64,000 nucleotides of DNA from Candidatus Algichlamydia australiensis (GCA_033977065.1 JAXCHI010000003.1:288001-352000); one strand, 5' to 3'. Counted from the first letter of the stretch, positions 29,901 through 42,900 are shown. The notes: generated by a model not told the origin, from the sequence alone. Program-made: numbers and translations.

Positions 29901-32900
29901 CGCCCACCCCCTTCTTCTGACTCTTCAACCCCTGCGCCAAAAAGCAGAAAAAGCTTCCCTGTAAAAATTGAGGAGCTAAAAGTTTTTTTCTTTCTAAATC
30001 GTCTGCTAAATAGAGGGTAAGCTTTCCTCTATTTGAGAGATAGACCTCAAGGTTTTCGCTTGTTCTCGGCAGATCTTTTTCTAGCTCGAGCTCAACTGGT
30101 AGGTGATAGTGAAGTCTCTTTTTGTAAACACTTGAGATTATAAGATAAGAGGCTTCGTAAATCTCAACTTGACAAGACTCTATCTCTTGATAGTTCTTCT
30201 GCCACAAAGTATCGAATATGAGGCTCTGAAGTTCATCTTTTGTTTTTGAAAATTCATAAGAGTCTACTAGGTGTGTCAAGAGACCATTGCGGGTAATAAT
30301 CTGACAAAAACAGCCATAGTGTTCTTGAACCGGCTTAGCAAGTAAGGTAAAATTCTCAAATTCTACTTTTTCTACCAGCTTTTTTCCCCTTCCAGATGCT
30401 ACCTTTGTTTTCTCTCCTACAAAGCTCGTTGTGGAGGAAAAAATAGAGCATCTCATCTCTCCATTTTTATCAAAAGGGAAGCGCGCAACCAAGCGAATAG
30501 TACCATCTGTTTCTGTGCGATTGATGTTCTCTTCAGTAATGCAATGTCTATCCCCATTTTCTTCTTCAAGCACCATAAGAAAAGCATCTTTATTTAGACT
30601 TCTCGGTACTTCAATTTCAGCTGTCTCATCCTCTTTGGAGATAGCAGCACTTCCAACAAACTCTAAATCCAAGCTTTTTTCAATATCCTTGGAGTGAAAT
30701 CCATAATCAGCTTGTAAATAGTTACTCTCTTCATTTCCATTTTTCAGAAAAAAGGCGTGAGATTTCAAATCTGTTTCAAATTCTTTCAACCCCCACGTTT
30801 TTCCAAATGCCGAAGCTAAAGATTTCTTGGGGTCGGAAAATATTTCGATCTTGACTGCACGATCTTCATCTGTAACCGGTCCACTAATAGAGCTCAGCTC
30901 TCCTGTAACCGGATGAGGTGTCTGCTGATTAGCAGAGGAGAATTGCCAATCTACACTCCCCTCTTTGATTACTAAGCTTTTGTCTGAAAATTGATACTCA
31001 AACTTGACAAAGCTTTTTTTTCTCAACGAATGGAGCACAAAGTTAGGCACGTGATTGCCTCTACTGCCTATTGATAACTGCTCTGGATTAGCAATTACCC
31101 CATGAAAGACCATCAACTCTGGCTTAAGGTCTGCTCCTATCTTAAACTTTACTAGCTCTGTCATGAGAAAGGGAACACCCTTATAACGGGGCCAATTATC
31201 AACTTCTGATAGTGGTGAATCCTTTGCCGATGTAATTTGTGAGTAGAGGCTATAAGCGCCTAGGTTAAAGGGTGCTTGGTGAAAATTTATATTTCCGCCC
31301 TTGTCTGCTAGAGTTCCATCCTCTTTCACCTTCAAGCTATCACAGGTAAAGAGTAGTTGCGTTACGAAGTAAATTTCATTTGTCTCATCGATTGGCTCGG
31401 CTTCATCAACAAGAGGCATGCCCGCAACTGTCACATCGTATAATTTTCCCTCTTCTGAACTCGTAACAGAAGCAATGGAAATACCTTCTTCTTGGCCAGA
31501 ATCGGCTTCCTCCACTGGATTTTCTGGAGCGATTTCTTTTGCATAAGCAATTCCAAGGTTGTCATAAAATTTTCCGTTTGAAAAAAGAAGTGGAGTGTAA
31601 GAATTCACGGTTCGAAAGGAATTCGGATCCATTGTGCTTACTGGTTTTAGCTCTATCTGTGCTCCCTCACTTTCATCAGTTATGAGCTTTACCAAATAAT
31701 CGAGCCAATTACTAGAAGGGTGATTAATCGCCAGTGTTTGATTCAAATCAGACTCTGCGTCTCCTTCCCACTCAATCTCAACTTTAGGAAAGTTTCCAGT
31801 CTCTTCTTCAGATTGGTAGGAGAGTTTTGGTGTTAAAGGGGTCCCATTATAGAGATATCTCTCAATTGGCAACCAGTTAACAAGCTTCTTCTCTTCAGTT
31901 GAAAAATCTGCAGCTAAACAGTATCGATCACGGACTGCCTGAGTAAACGCGTTACTTGCGTTGTATGAGGTGAGAGTATTTTTGCCATCACGATAAACTT
32001 GGCTCGCTTCAAACTCGCCATGTTCCAAAACCAGATTGCGGTGATAGAGCCTTTTTTTATCCTTATCGGCAGACTCCAAGCTAGAAAAAAGAGATTCAAC
32101 CCAGGGCATTAACGCTTCTGCTGCATATTTTTCTAAAACCTTTATGTTGGATGAGTCGAGAACTACTTCGTGTAAGAAAAATTGTAACTTGAATGTTTCA
32201 ATCGGTTCACAGGAGAGAAGGCTGTGGTTAGGATCTCTTTCTAAAGCGTGAGAATTGGGTTTTGTAACCAGATTTCCTCTAGATGGAGAGACTCGATCAA
32301 TAGCAGCAATAGGTGCAGTTTTATAAATGAGAGTTTGCTCGCTGTTTGAGGCAAAGGTTGGATCCCCAGCAGTATCTACTGTAAGCTTAATAGATTGGTC
32401 AGCTAAATCTTGATTAGACTCTTTTAGGTTGTTCTCAAAAACAAGAGAGCTCTTCGTTATTTTTTCCTCATCGCCCCAAAGCCTATCAGCCGGCATCGAG
32501 CTTGGATCAAGAAGTTTTTCGGAGTAAAACCACATCTCAGGGGTTACAGCTAAGATATTTGGTCTGTGTAGCTTTAAAACTAGTTCTTCTTCATTGATTC
32601 TCATTTCGAGCTGAGGATGAGAATCCTCCTCAGGAATATTTATGAGAACTTTCCAAGGTTTTTGGTCACCTTCCTTAGGCGCTAAAAAGTGGTAAAATTT
32701 TAAAAGTGAGCCACTTAAGGTCTTTGATTTTGTTGCAAGGAGATTCGAATTTGCGCTTATCCTATTAGATGAAGGAAAAGTTTCTAACCGATAACGGACC
32801 CACGAGAGCTCATTCGACCTCTCTTTAAGCTTTGCCAAATTCCATAAATATTTCCCTTGCAGGCACTTTGGATCTGCTACACCGGATAAGTAGAGCTTAT

Positions 32901-33933
32901 TCTTTGGATTTTCACCTTTAAGCTTAATCTCTCTACTTCTCTCTTCACTCGCCTCCCATCGAACTTCAAAATCAAAGCTCTCTTTTTGCGTTGAAACACT
33001 ACCTTGATTCAGCAAAAGCTCTATCTGGTTAACATCCATCAAAGTATAGTGATCTCTGCCTTCAACCCTGTTAATCTTGAGGGATTGTGGGATCCAGATG
33101 GTTGGAGGTCCATACGATCGCTCTCTCTCACCCTCTTGAAAAATGCTTACTCTAAGAGCCGGCTTCAAATAAGTCTCCGAAAATCCTCCCGCTCCACTTA
33201 GCCAGTAGACTCCCATTTCCGGTTGAGGAAACTTTTCTATTCTAACCGCTCTTCCTCCATTTACTCTTTCAGCAAGCTCGATAATCCGATTCTCATGCCT
33301 TCCAAGACGATCTAGAGGCGAAAAAAAATCCTTGTGAGGACATTCAACAAGTTTCCATAAGTATTTTACATCCTCCTGTTGACCAACTTGCCCGTAATAT
33401 TCGTAAAGTAGATTTTTTTCTTCCTCTTTTAGCTTTAATTGGATTTTAGACCGACCAAGAAAAAGCTCTGCCCCTTCTGAAGTCTGATCAACAAGCCACT
33501 CCCACTCTTCGCGATCCTGAAAAGTCTTCTCAAAATTTTTGAAAGTAACTGAACCTGACCTTAGCACCCCCTCGAATCCATCTACACCCTCGCTTTCTCG
33601 ACCATAAGTCTGCGTAATTTCGATCTTTGCGTTGATTTCGATATCTAGCCCACCATCATGGTGGTCGATAGCAATTCTTTGATCAAACAATGTTAGAATT
33701 GAAGGCTCTATTGGGAGGTGTCGAATTCTTAAATCGTCACTGGAAACTGAAACAAAAAATGAATCACCAGCTTCAATCTCTTCTGGCTCTTTCTTTATCT
33801 CTTGATCCCACCAATATTTGTTCACAAAGAGGTTGAGTTCGTATGCACCTGAGAAAGTTTCTAGCGAGCCAATTTTTAGCGTGAGCTTTACAAATTCTTG
33901 CAAGCATTTTAAAGGTTTTAGGCTAAGCGTCAT
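26986..33933 (-). CDS. Giant hypothetical protein (2315 aa)
   Basis: Uninterrupted 6.9-kb ORF, ATGA-coupled to the 3997-aa gene. No signal peptide or domain recognised; acidic and apparently beta-rich. Confidence 0.9.
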   Translation of the reverse strand: MTLSLKPLKCLQEFVKLTLKIGSLETFSGAYELNLFVNKYWWDQEIKKEPEEIEAGDSFFVSVSSDDLRIRHLPIEPSILTLFDQRIAIDHHDGGLDIEINAKIEITQTYGRESEGVDGFEGVLRSGSVTFKNFEKTFQDREEWEWLVDQTSEGAELFLGRSKIQLKLKEEEKNLLYEYYGQVGQQEDVKYLWKLVECPHKDFFSPLDRLGRHENRIIELAERVNGGRAVRIEKFPQPEMGVYWLSGAGGFSETYLKPALRVSIFQEGERERSYGPPTIWIPQSLKINRVEGRDHYTLMDVNQIELLLNQGSVSTQKESFDFEVRWEASEERSREIKLKGENPKNKLYLSGVADPKCLQGKYLWNLAKLKERSNELSWVRYRLETFPSSNRISANSNLLATKSKTLSGSLLKFYHFLAPKEGDQKPWKVLINIPEEDSHPQLEMRINEEELVLKLHRPNILAVTPEMWFYSEKLLDPSSMPADRLWGDEEKITKSSLVFENNLKESNQDLADQSIKLTVDTAGDPTFASNSEQTLIYKTAPIAAIDRVSPSRGNLVTKPNSHALERDPNHSLLSCEPIETFKLQFFLHEVVLDSSNIKVLEKYAAEALMPWVESLFSSLESADKDKKRLYHRNLVLEHGEFEASQVYRDGKNTLTSYNASNAFTQAVRDRYCLAADFSTEEKKLVNWLPIERYLYNGTPLTPKLSYQSEEETGNFPKVEIEWEGDAESDLNQTLAINHPSSNWLDYLVKLITDESEGAQIELKPVSTMDPNSFRTVNSYTPLLFSNGKFYDNLGIAYAKEIAPENPVEEADSGQEEGISIASVTSSEEGKLYDVTVAGMPLVDEAEPIDETNEIYFVTQLLFTCDSLKVKEDGTLADKGGNINFHQAPFNLGAYSLYSQITSAKDSPLSEVDNWPRYKGVPFLMTELVKFKIGADLKPELMVFHGVIANPEQLSIGSRGNHVPNFVLHSLRKKSFVKFEYQFSDKSLVIKEGSVDWQFSSANQQTPHPVTGELSSISGPVTDEDRAVKIEIFSDPKKSLASAFGKTWGLKEFETDLKSHAFFLKNGNEESNYLQADYGFHSKDIEKSLDLEFVGSAAISKEDETAEIEVPRSLNKDAFLMVLEEENGDRHCITEENINRTETDGTIRLVARFPFDKNGEMRCSIFSSTTSFVGEKTKVASGRGKKLVEKVEFENFTLLAKPVQEHYGCFCQIITRNGLLTHLVDSYEFSKTKDELQSLIFDTLWQKNYQEIESCQVEIYEASYLIISSVYKKRLHYHLPVELELEKDLPRTSENLEVYLSNRGKLTLYLADDLERKKLLAPQFLQGSFFCFLAQGLKSQKKGVGDESIILWLEAGTLGAICVRDINPDDLYQTFYFADDTEFASPCEELLKRGLDVEYLTQGRDWYRYTSLSLTLKKENFVLRFDDQNFSGFSQSSFRYARTGYLQIIDPNERGEIQLPVVVHFEKKKESDKITLQIEKSWFSMNQVEVEISNSVNEKPDIVSNYGEENYFIRKASVKKQQQFVALDHFLEPKTAREGSEIKTVPKGIHLFPIESSIVPINFCLEPEAVTNTIKLKKTAPQLLHRQIYGNMMRINLEQNLYKRDITYNQPPIDTSSKIGDWLLSPIGVSESKQLVVMSDNAFLQKAPSSEEDEAREEIQTESILIINRPISVDYERPPYTALSNRTEQKKEIDVIDDSKRNAVKMQILKMGANGIILSRKIDYEGEVTYEYIASPFYEDQDGNRPQPQESAHVKSESEGENSIEVFDFRSILPKKMLRLGGVRSEASYQILEEDSKEGSYQQCKFLREVSYEYRGSMSELYQERQPSLYFFETPAFKNMEPLWYLPPNKQLGSDRVKRGEKAEYFLPYFIKMRYGSDKPGSMFHHEMRNIVHESSQVEGEERCEVGKAQQFAMREAQQIKSEGCVTAAIENVSFNLVDTDSLFGIRRARASWEDIFGRVRIDDLQEEYTFKQVERGKFEFRPQIFEEDQVQFPLKVIVHHNFDVYGLEDLARTLPVYDNEAEGTKLWATLYLAAKKEELAPSEPVAIRVQSPSGDQVLSFNFQPYLQLAEIEIEIDSSSNRIKIKEENEAKLLKEMQSKVKLSIPNLQVNSSGELRAAWEIDNIEGQFVTLKEAEGISGTGSKLLVVVPLFDVIVNQEEVDGYHLWTFNLSDHEAINGFTKFQIVWLAVDRLRVGENEEEMQQLASCKLYTHEKEIKPLMPSITTPKIAAVLHSQYEEKKHKKTLFFGNGASPEEGAAKIELGEDGPKVKVFAYDNEEVDLSLPLKDEVPSTHLYLIKYLVHGQVVYGDWRSHES

Positions 33934-36900
33934 GATGATACCTCCTCTTCTTCTAGGACAGCAAACTCAGCTTTAGATGCTTCCGCTTGGTTTCTTTTCA
34001 TCTGCAGTACAAACCGACCTGGATCGTGGAAAAGACTTTGATCAGTACTATCTTTATGAGCAATTTTTAGCTTGAATTGCACTTTGTAAGAAAATAGAGT
34101 CTCTGGAGGATCATAACTAGTATCTTGAATCGAATCTAAAACATAATCCTTAAAATACTTTCTCTCTTTTCTATAAAAATCTCCTTCTGAGACATGAGTA
34201 AATTCTATTGGAACGGCCGACTCACTCACTGGCTCAATTTCTAACGATCCTACACTCACAATTGTAAAGGCACTGCTCAATTCCTTTAATCTTGGAAATT
34301 CTTCCTCGTCTTTTCCGTGTCCGTCAGACCATGGCATGTGAAGGGCTGCAACAAGTGTATAGCGGCTACGTCCTTCTGTGCCCTCTTTTACCTTCCAATA
34401 AATACGGTAGACAGAACTTAAATCAGGTAGATCACGCCCACAGAACTCAATGGGACTACTACTATCATCTCCATCACTTAATTTCACCTTAATCGACGCA
34501 GGCTCTTTCACAAGTTCCCTGGGTCTTAAATTATCTATGTGGCGGGAGAGGTAGATAGTAAATTCATAAGTCAAGCTTTTCTCACCGACTTCTCTACTCA
34601 CTTTTGGTATGAATGTATATAAATTTGATGGCTCAACTTTTGCGGAAACAATAGGAAATTCCTTATTTTCGATCGGCAAGGTTTCGCTATCATAGAGGGC
34701 TCGAGCACTCATAAAATAGCGGTGATAATATTGAAGGTCTGTTAGAGTAACGAGCCTCTCGTGGTCCGAAATTCGAATTTTAGGATCAAAGTTCTCTCTC
34801 AATATTTTTTCATCATAAAGATTAAATCTCTCCCACTCAATCGGAGTTTCGCTCTTCCTCATTTCATTGAGAATCGATTCAATAGCAGCTCCTTTTCCAT
34901 CTTCGAGAAGCTCATGGCGAAAAACAAGATCGTATCCTTTATAGCCTGTTCGAACTGAAGCAATTTGCGCTTTTAGGGATCTTGCTGCGTCGCTTGGGAG
35001 CTGGTAGCTGAAGAATGCTTTTGTAGGATGAGGATAGTTATACGCCGGCAACATCTGCTCTATATTTCTACGCTTTACTCCGTATTCAACAGGCTTCAAG
35101 CGAACAAGTTGCATCTTTGATAAAAGGTCTCCATATTCAGGTAGAGGAAAGAGCTCATGGCGGCCAAGTTTCCAATTGATCAGAGGTTCGTACCTAGAGA
35201 CACGGCGAATAGCAACCTGATAACGATGACCAAAGGTATCGGGATGCTGCCAAGACGCTTTGGATACCCCTCCGCTCGATGGAAGAGTCATCCATCTCTG
35301 GCTCACTCTTTCTAAAGGAATCTCAGGAATACTTCCGGGATCTCCATACTTTGAAAATTGCTCTAGCTGAAATGCGATATTTCCAAAGTACTTCTGATAT
35401 CCTTCTGCTTCTGCAGGAAATTGGATACCACGATGTTCGAGTAACCTCAAAAGATTCGAACTATTGTATTGATAGACAGTAATTTGCGAGACTGTTACTC
35501 CAATGGGAAGCTTATCATTTAAAGTAATGATCCATGAGCCTGTTTCTCTACCTTCTTGAATTTTTGTGCTGTGAAAGGCTTTATACCCACCTCCCTCTAA
35601 ATTCACTTCGAAAATATAGGTGTTTTCTTCAATTTCGTCTTTTTCAATCAGCAAATTCTGCTCATCTTTGATCCCAGATATCGTCATTTCGACTCTCTCT
35701 CTTTGGAAAAGAGAGCGCGGCAGTGCTGCGAATTTGACAAATGAGTAGCCATCCACTTGGTCAGTGGATGTTATGCTGTTAGGGGATCTCCCCCTAAGAA
35801 TAAAGGGAAGTGTATCTTCTCGGTTGATGTTAAGCTGATTGATACGTTCTATAAGAAAATCTTGCTGAAGAGACTTCTTCTCTTTTGTAATGATCCCAAT
35901 ATCCGCAGAAAACCCTAGATAATCCATTAAGTTAAAGAAGAAGGGCAAAAAGCTCTTTTGAGAAGGGTAGAGCTCCTCAATGCTTATTTTTTCTTGCTCA
36001 TTGATTCTTAGCGCATTAGGAGCAAAGTATTTGATATCTACAGACTTTGACGGAGTGAGAGTTGGATTGTCCTCAGAAGTCGCTTCAGTTAAAACATTAT
36101 GATGTCTGCCTTTAACAATGCGCTCTTCTTTTTTACCTGCTCCCAAACCATCCAAATGGGTTGTAATCGTTTTTCCTAAAGGAACAACACGAGAGAGAGC
36201 GCTTAAATAAGTATTTTCTTTGTTTTCTTGGTGAACAAATGAATTTCTAAAGCCTTCTAAAACTCTTATCAATTCGGTTTTGACTTTATCAATTTGTTTT
36301 TTCGTTACGTTTGGGTCATGTAAGAAGAGTGCTAAGATTTTCCCGGAATGCTTTTCTACCTTCACATCTCTGAACTCTTCGCAAAGATCCAGCCAGCGAG
36401 GTAGCCCTAAGAGTATATCGCTCTTTTTTTTGTGCCGATCAGCCCCATTTGCAGTAGCAAGCTCTTTTGGGCTTCGGAAAGCAAGAAAGTCATTCACAAC
36501 AAACAAGCGGCGTTGAATGATTCCTAATAGACGTCTTGCAAATTCACGATCTTTTGCTCTCTCAATTGATCCTTCTATCTCTTCATCTTCTTTGCTGTCT
36601 TGATTCAGCTCCTCTTCAATAGCTCCCAATTTCAAAGTGATTTCACTTAAGCTGTCTTTCTTTTCCGTGCCGAGAAAGAGATTGATAAGAGACTGCTCGA
36701 CTTGCTCTTGCACTTCTATCAAAGAATTATCATTAATATTCAACGGAGACTTTTCAAACTTTCCTAGCTGCAAAAGCAGCAATAGCCCGCTCTCATAGCA
36801 CAACTTCCAACTATGTTGCTCAAGAGATAGAGTCCCAACTAAATTATCAATCGCAGTAATAATACCCTGAATAATCTCGGAATCTTGATTATAGTAAAGA

Positions 36901-39900
36901 TCGATAAGGTCTAACTCACCTGAAACAAAAATAGAACTACCCTCTGTATATTGAACGGACTGGCTCTCTAAAATGGACCACAAAGGAGCCTGCCAGTTGG
37001 AAGGGTCTCGAAAATCTTTTCTGCTATTGGCAAAAGCTCTCTTCCCAAGAATCTCACAATACTGCCTCTGTATATCACCCGGCTCATCATGATCTATATG
37101 AAAAATTTCCACTCCACCCTGATTTAAATCTGAAGAGTTGAAATCTGTTTGAATGTAGTTTCTTTTCGCAAGAGGTTGGTAGATGCCGTTGGCGGTAAAT
37201 TCTTCTGGAAAAAGAAACTCCGGCTTCCTACCGACTACATTATCAAAAGCATTCTCTGGAATCCATTCAATTTGATTTACAAATTTAAATTTCACATTTT
37301 GCTCCCATGAGTCTGGAAAAGATCGAACAAGTAGATGCTGAGCTTTTATCAGCTTCTTAGCTCCTTTGGCTCCAATGAAAAATTGATAGCTACAATCTAA
37401 ACGGAAAATCCCATTGCTGGTTATCTGGTAACGACCATCTTGTGGTTTAGAAAGATGAATATATTGCTTTCCTTCTACAGATTCATAAAGTTTTTCCTTT
37501 CTTACCTTTTCAATCGTGGGCTCTTCAGAAAGACCTAGTCCCTCATTGAATTCAGCATCTCCTGCATAAAAGCCTGTCTGCTGAAGCGGCATCTCTTTAA
37601 TCCAAATCTCAAAATCTTCATTATCGAGATCCCAAATCTCTTGGTTTTCCCCTTGAAAGAGGTAGAAAGAACCCGATAGCTCTTCACTTCTATTCTGTAG
37701 CGAATCTACAGAGAAGACAATACTTACCTGATCTGGAAATGAGCTTTTTTCGGGTATATGGAGATATTCCCTTCCCCAAAAAGTGAGCTGAGAAGGATCA
37801 GTTTTTATCGCCGTATCTCCCATCAAAGCTGTCGGTAGGGGTTCTATATAGTAGTCCACATAAGCTTGCCCCTCTCCTTTAGAAAGCCCTAAATCTTTAC
37901 TTTCCACGGCAATTTCATCTCTGTAGAGGTAGGGCTCTACAACGTACTGCGCCTCTCTGCGAATTAGTGTTATTGTGTAGGAGTATAGACCCGGATCTGG
38001 CATTTTACCTACTAAAACCCCTTTCTCCTTATCATAAAAAAGAGTGAATAATTGATTGTTATTTTCTAAGATCACTTCCACATCACTTGACTTTGTCCAG
38101 TCAGATTCAATCTCGATATCACTTAATTCCCTTCCATTGAATGAAGCGCTCCCCCTCTCTATCTCTTCACGCTCTCGATATTTCCAATACTTTGGTTGAA
38201 TCCCATCTGCCACTAGCACAAGTTCGTTATTTTTGTGAGTCCTGCGATAGAGCCTAAAACTTCCTATTTCAAAGAGTTTGTTTTCTTCGAAAACCTTAAT
38301 ATCGACTTTAATTGGAAGACTGAGGACAATTTTCCCACTCTCTTCACCAAATTCTTGAACTTCTGAGGCCACGTAATCTTGTCGAATTTTTAAAAGAGTG
38401 ATTTTGTTTCCCAGCAGATTGGAAGAGGGCAGAGACTCTTGATCTGGGTATGTAAGGTCCATCTCTTCTAGTCGCTTTGCGTCTCCTCGCTGTACGTAGA
38501 TAGACTCCTCATCTTCTCGGAAACGCCCCTCAATAAGGTTATCTGCTCTCTCCTCATCGATTATTCCAAATATTTCAAGAGTACTATTGTCACCCTCTCT
38601 TTTTCTGAAATAACCTGTATCAAAAATTCGTTCATTATCAGAGCTTTTCTCATTCAAATCAGCAATCAAAGCGTTGGTAATCTGCGCCTTTGCCTGTACT
38701 TGATCTTCTTCGGGATCAGGATCTAATCCAGCCCCTTGATTTTGCTTTGTGGCTCGATCGTAATACTTCTCAAATTGCTCAACCATTGATAACTCTTCTC
38801 GACTTATCGAATTGACGTCGACAGAATCAGCAACAGGATTGAAATATGCCGACAAAACATCTTCCGGAAGAAGCTGTGCTTCTTGAGACATAAATTCTCG
38901 CGAAGGCGCTTCTACCCTTGGATCGTAGATCGTTTTTGGCAACTCAGGGGGTTCTTCAATGTAATTTTGATCTAATGTAGATTCTAAAAAGACTGTTTTG
39001 ATTTCACTATTCACAGAAGTTTCTAAATCAAAATAAGAGACGTGCTCATCTACCCATGGAGTATAAAAGATTTTTTTTGGCTTAAAGATAAGCGCCTCAT
39101 CTGAAAGAGCAACTCTATCTAAAAAGCTAAAGTCGCTTTCCGGAGAACCCGAGGTTGGTAAATCTAATGCTAGTGTGAGGTTTTTTTCTTCGGGATGGCT
39201 CTCTTGTACATACCAAATATTTTGATATTTCTTCTCCTCATCAAGAGCAACTTTTAAGATAAGTGGTATTCCAGATTGCCATTCATCAGGATTAAAAGTA
39301 TCCAGCCAGATTTTTATCACTTCTGGACCTTGCGTACTCTCTGCAATATGGGTGACGCTCACCTCTCCCAAGTTACCAACTGCTATTTTTCTTACATCTT
39401 CAACATAGGGACTTGCCTCACTAAAGTTAACCTCTTCATTTTCATTTCTGAATGGGGTGAACCAGAGACTATCAGGAGATGGAATGTAAGTGTGACGAAG
39501 AAGATCCCCCTCTTCCTCGCTCCTCTTCAAGCTCACATAATGGAGCCACTTTTTCGCTCTAGGCTTTACTTGCTCTCTCGCCTCAATTGGTATACCTGCG
39601 CTTAATAAGCTTCGCCTTTTGACTCTTGTGGATCTCGATCTCTCTATCAAGGCATCTAGATCTCGTTCATAAGCAGAAATTTTATTTCTAACACTAGAAA
39701 TAACACCCGTATTGAATGAGAGATGGGGGCTTATGGAGAGCCTATATCCACAAATTGATACAGAGATTGAGACACTGCCATCAAATCCCAATCCTCCCTT
39801 ATCACTTAAAGCTAGGGCCCCGTGAAAGCCTAATTGCAACCTAGCAAGACGGACTCTAAAAGTTTTATGAAAGCTTATTACATACTTTTTCCAAGGTGTA

Positions 39901-42900
39901 CGGATCGAGATTCGAAATCCAATAGTAATAAAAGCATCTACTTGAAATCCTAAATTAGCTCGGACCATCCCATAAAGATCAATGCCTTGAGAGCTAATAA
40001 TCCCACCATATCCAGCTATAAATAATAAGTTCCCACTACAAGTAAAGCCTCCAGGCCCTGCGCGAAAAGTTTGGTGATAGTGTCCACGAATCTGAATCCC
40101 AGCTTTTGTGAGAAGAGCTCCTCGAAAGATCGCAATGCGGTAATTCCCTGAAACAGACATGTCTGCCCCCAGTAGCCTGTCTCTATAGCTTATCTCTTGA
40201 AGATGGTAGTCGACAAGATCGGGTGTCAACCTAAAGGCGAGTCTTGTTGTTGTTTTATCAAGTACTTTTTTTAACAATTCACTGCTTTCAATAGCAGGAT
40301 TCTTTCGAGATTGCAGCTCTACTCCAAGTCTTTGCTGTTTTGTGCTTAATGCAAGCGCACCAACAAGAGCAGGTCGATCATCATTCGCTTCAACATATCC
40401 TACACTAGAAGCGAGCCACAGCTTACCTGCAGCAGCAATATTAAATTCGCTATCTAAGCTTAGAACTAACTTCATAACATAGGCATTAAAGGTATCTGGT
40501 GTGCCTCGGTTTGAAGCAAACATTGCTGACGCTAAAATTGAAACATAGGGACCATTCTCTTTTACAGCTGTCCAGTTTCTAATTTTTTGAGGTTCAATTT
40601 GATCAATTTTCTCAATGATTTCGCGCTCATCTGGCGTCCTACTGATCGCTTTAAGCCGATTGTTTACCCCAACACCCCCACCAATCTTTTTAACAACAAC
40701 CCCAGAGAAGAGTTCTGCCTCAATTTCCATCTCAGCATATATAACTAAATTAACCGCACTCTCCCCATTATATTTTTTGAGCGAACCCATCTTAAGAAGC
40801 GCTTTGAACTCAGGAAATCCTTCAAGCTTGATCGAGCCACTTGCAAAAAAATAACGTTCATTGTTTTCATCGACCCAACCCAATTCTCCAGAAAAGCTTA
40901 CTGCTGGACCAACTTTAGCGGTTATTCCAATTGAGGAGGGTGTTTTTATGCGAAAAGGCTCTCCATACTCTACGACCAGCTCTCCAGAACGAATTTCTAC
41001 ATCTATCACACCTGGACTATTGAAGCGAAAGCCGCAGTTCTTACAGTCGAAACTTCCTGACAACGTGCCCCCAGAGTTATCGAAGCGCCAGCTAAGATCC
41101 AAATCATCAAATTGGCACGTAAAGAGACCATCTAAAATGTCAATTTTAGTTGGTTCCTTAAGCGCCAGTCCCACATCAATTTGAGGAAGATTCAACTCTG
41201 TTAGGTTCAATTTTTTAAATTGAATAGCAGATAGTTTTTTCAAATCAGAGAGATCTGGTATGACTTTCGAAAGCCCTGAAAGAGAGATCTGCCCATCAGC
41301 AAAAGCGCGAAAATCCCACTTTTTTGTCTGAGAAGACCAGGCGATATACAGGTCGATTGCATCGAGCTGCATCTGCAACATATCTAGCTTAAGATCAGCT
41401 AGCGCGCTCTTATCACTATTTTCTAAATTAATCGTAGCAATAACAGATGGCATCTCTCCAGGAGCCTCTTGTCTCAAACCTGCTGATACAGCAGCTTCTA
41501 ATGATTTGAACCCGGGAAGCTGCATTTTCGCAAACAGTGTTGCCTCTTTTATTGTGTTATTAATGATGACAATACAGCTCTTAACCCCATTCGATTCTTC
41601 AACTGGCTTTAACTTCAGATGGCTCAAAAGTTCATCAGAGTCATCAACAAAGACATCGTCAGCCGTTACTTTTGCCTTAACTGAGATTCCTTCAGGATTA
41701 AGTCTCAAAAATGATTTATGAGAGTTTGGAAAACCAAACTCTTCCGGATCGAATCTTTCTAAATCTAAAAGAAATCTTTTCTTTGCCGCCTCTTCTATAT
41801 CCCTTGAAATATCTTCGGGGCTCCCAGATAGATCTACCTCATCGGCCATTCCTCCTGGGAAGTAGAGCCGGATACTCTCCTGTTTCACAGGATCCAACGA
41901 GTTAAATGTAAAACCTAGCTCTCTCTTTTTTAAGTCGAAGTAGGCGTCGCTCCTATCTTCAATGAGGTTTGTATCAGGATGATTCTCTCTTTTGGGAATG
42001 ACGATTGTGAATATTCCAAAGTCAATCAGCTGCTGGCTAGGATTTTTTGGAAGCTGAAGATAAAACTTCTCCGAATCAGGACTTAAAAGCCACTCATCAC
42101 CATCTTTTTCAAACTTTACGTTCCAAAAAAGATCAAATGACTGCTTTTTAATCTGATTATCACCACTATTTTTGTTAGCGCTCTCCCTCGAAATAGAAAG
42201 AGTTAATTTAAGGGGAAGATCTAGCCCAATAATCTCCTCGCCATCTTCAGAAAAGATAGGTCGAGCATATTGCGCAATATCATCTAATAGCTTATTCGCA
42301 GAAGAGATCACAGTATCAATAGCGGGAAGAGCTCCGCCTAGTAGATTTCCTATCTCCATCTGATTCAAGGGAAGAAGAAACGGGACATCAAAGCGCACGG
42401 GAACTTTCTCAATAGCATCAAAATCAATCGGCTCATCTACAAAAATTAAGCCGCTCGCTCTGTCTCTAACTTCTTTGACCCGAGTGTAAGTATAAGCTTG
42501 TTCACCACGAGCTCTATATCGAAGGCGATACCCAACTTCAACAGGGTTTTCGGCTCCATCAAGCAAAATCCGAACACTATTGGGTTCTTCTGAAACTCCA
42601 CCATCTTCAATAAAATAAGAGCCATTAGGCAATGGAAAGAAGATATCTCCAACATCGAAATTTTTATCCTCTAAACTACCAAACTCATCCTCTTGACCTT
42701 CTGAAACTTCCTCTTCCTCACTAGGACTTTCACCCTCGTAAGGATCCTCATTTAGCTCATTCTCTCTTATTTTCCACATGAGTTCTAACATCTCAGGGGT
42801 CATTTGAGACGTTTTCTTGATGAGGTTCGTAATGGGATCGACACTGCAAAGAGTCCCCGGCTCTAAAATAGAGAGCGAGCGTGGTACTTTTATCTCCTCA

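Noticed and set aside
39612..39626. Furin-like RVKRR site in the giant protein
   Set aside because: A 4-residue motif is expected by chance in about 4000 aa, and there is no evidence of host processing.
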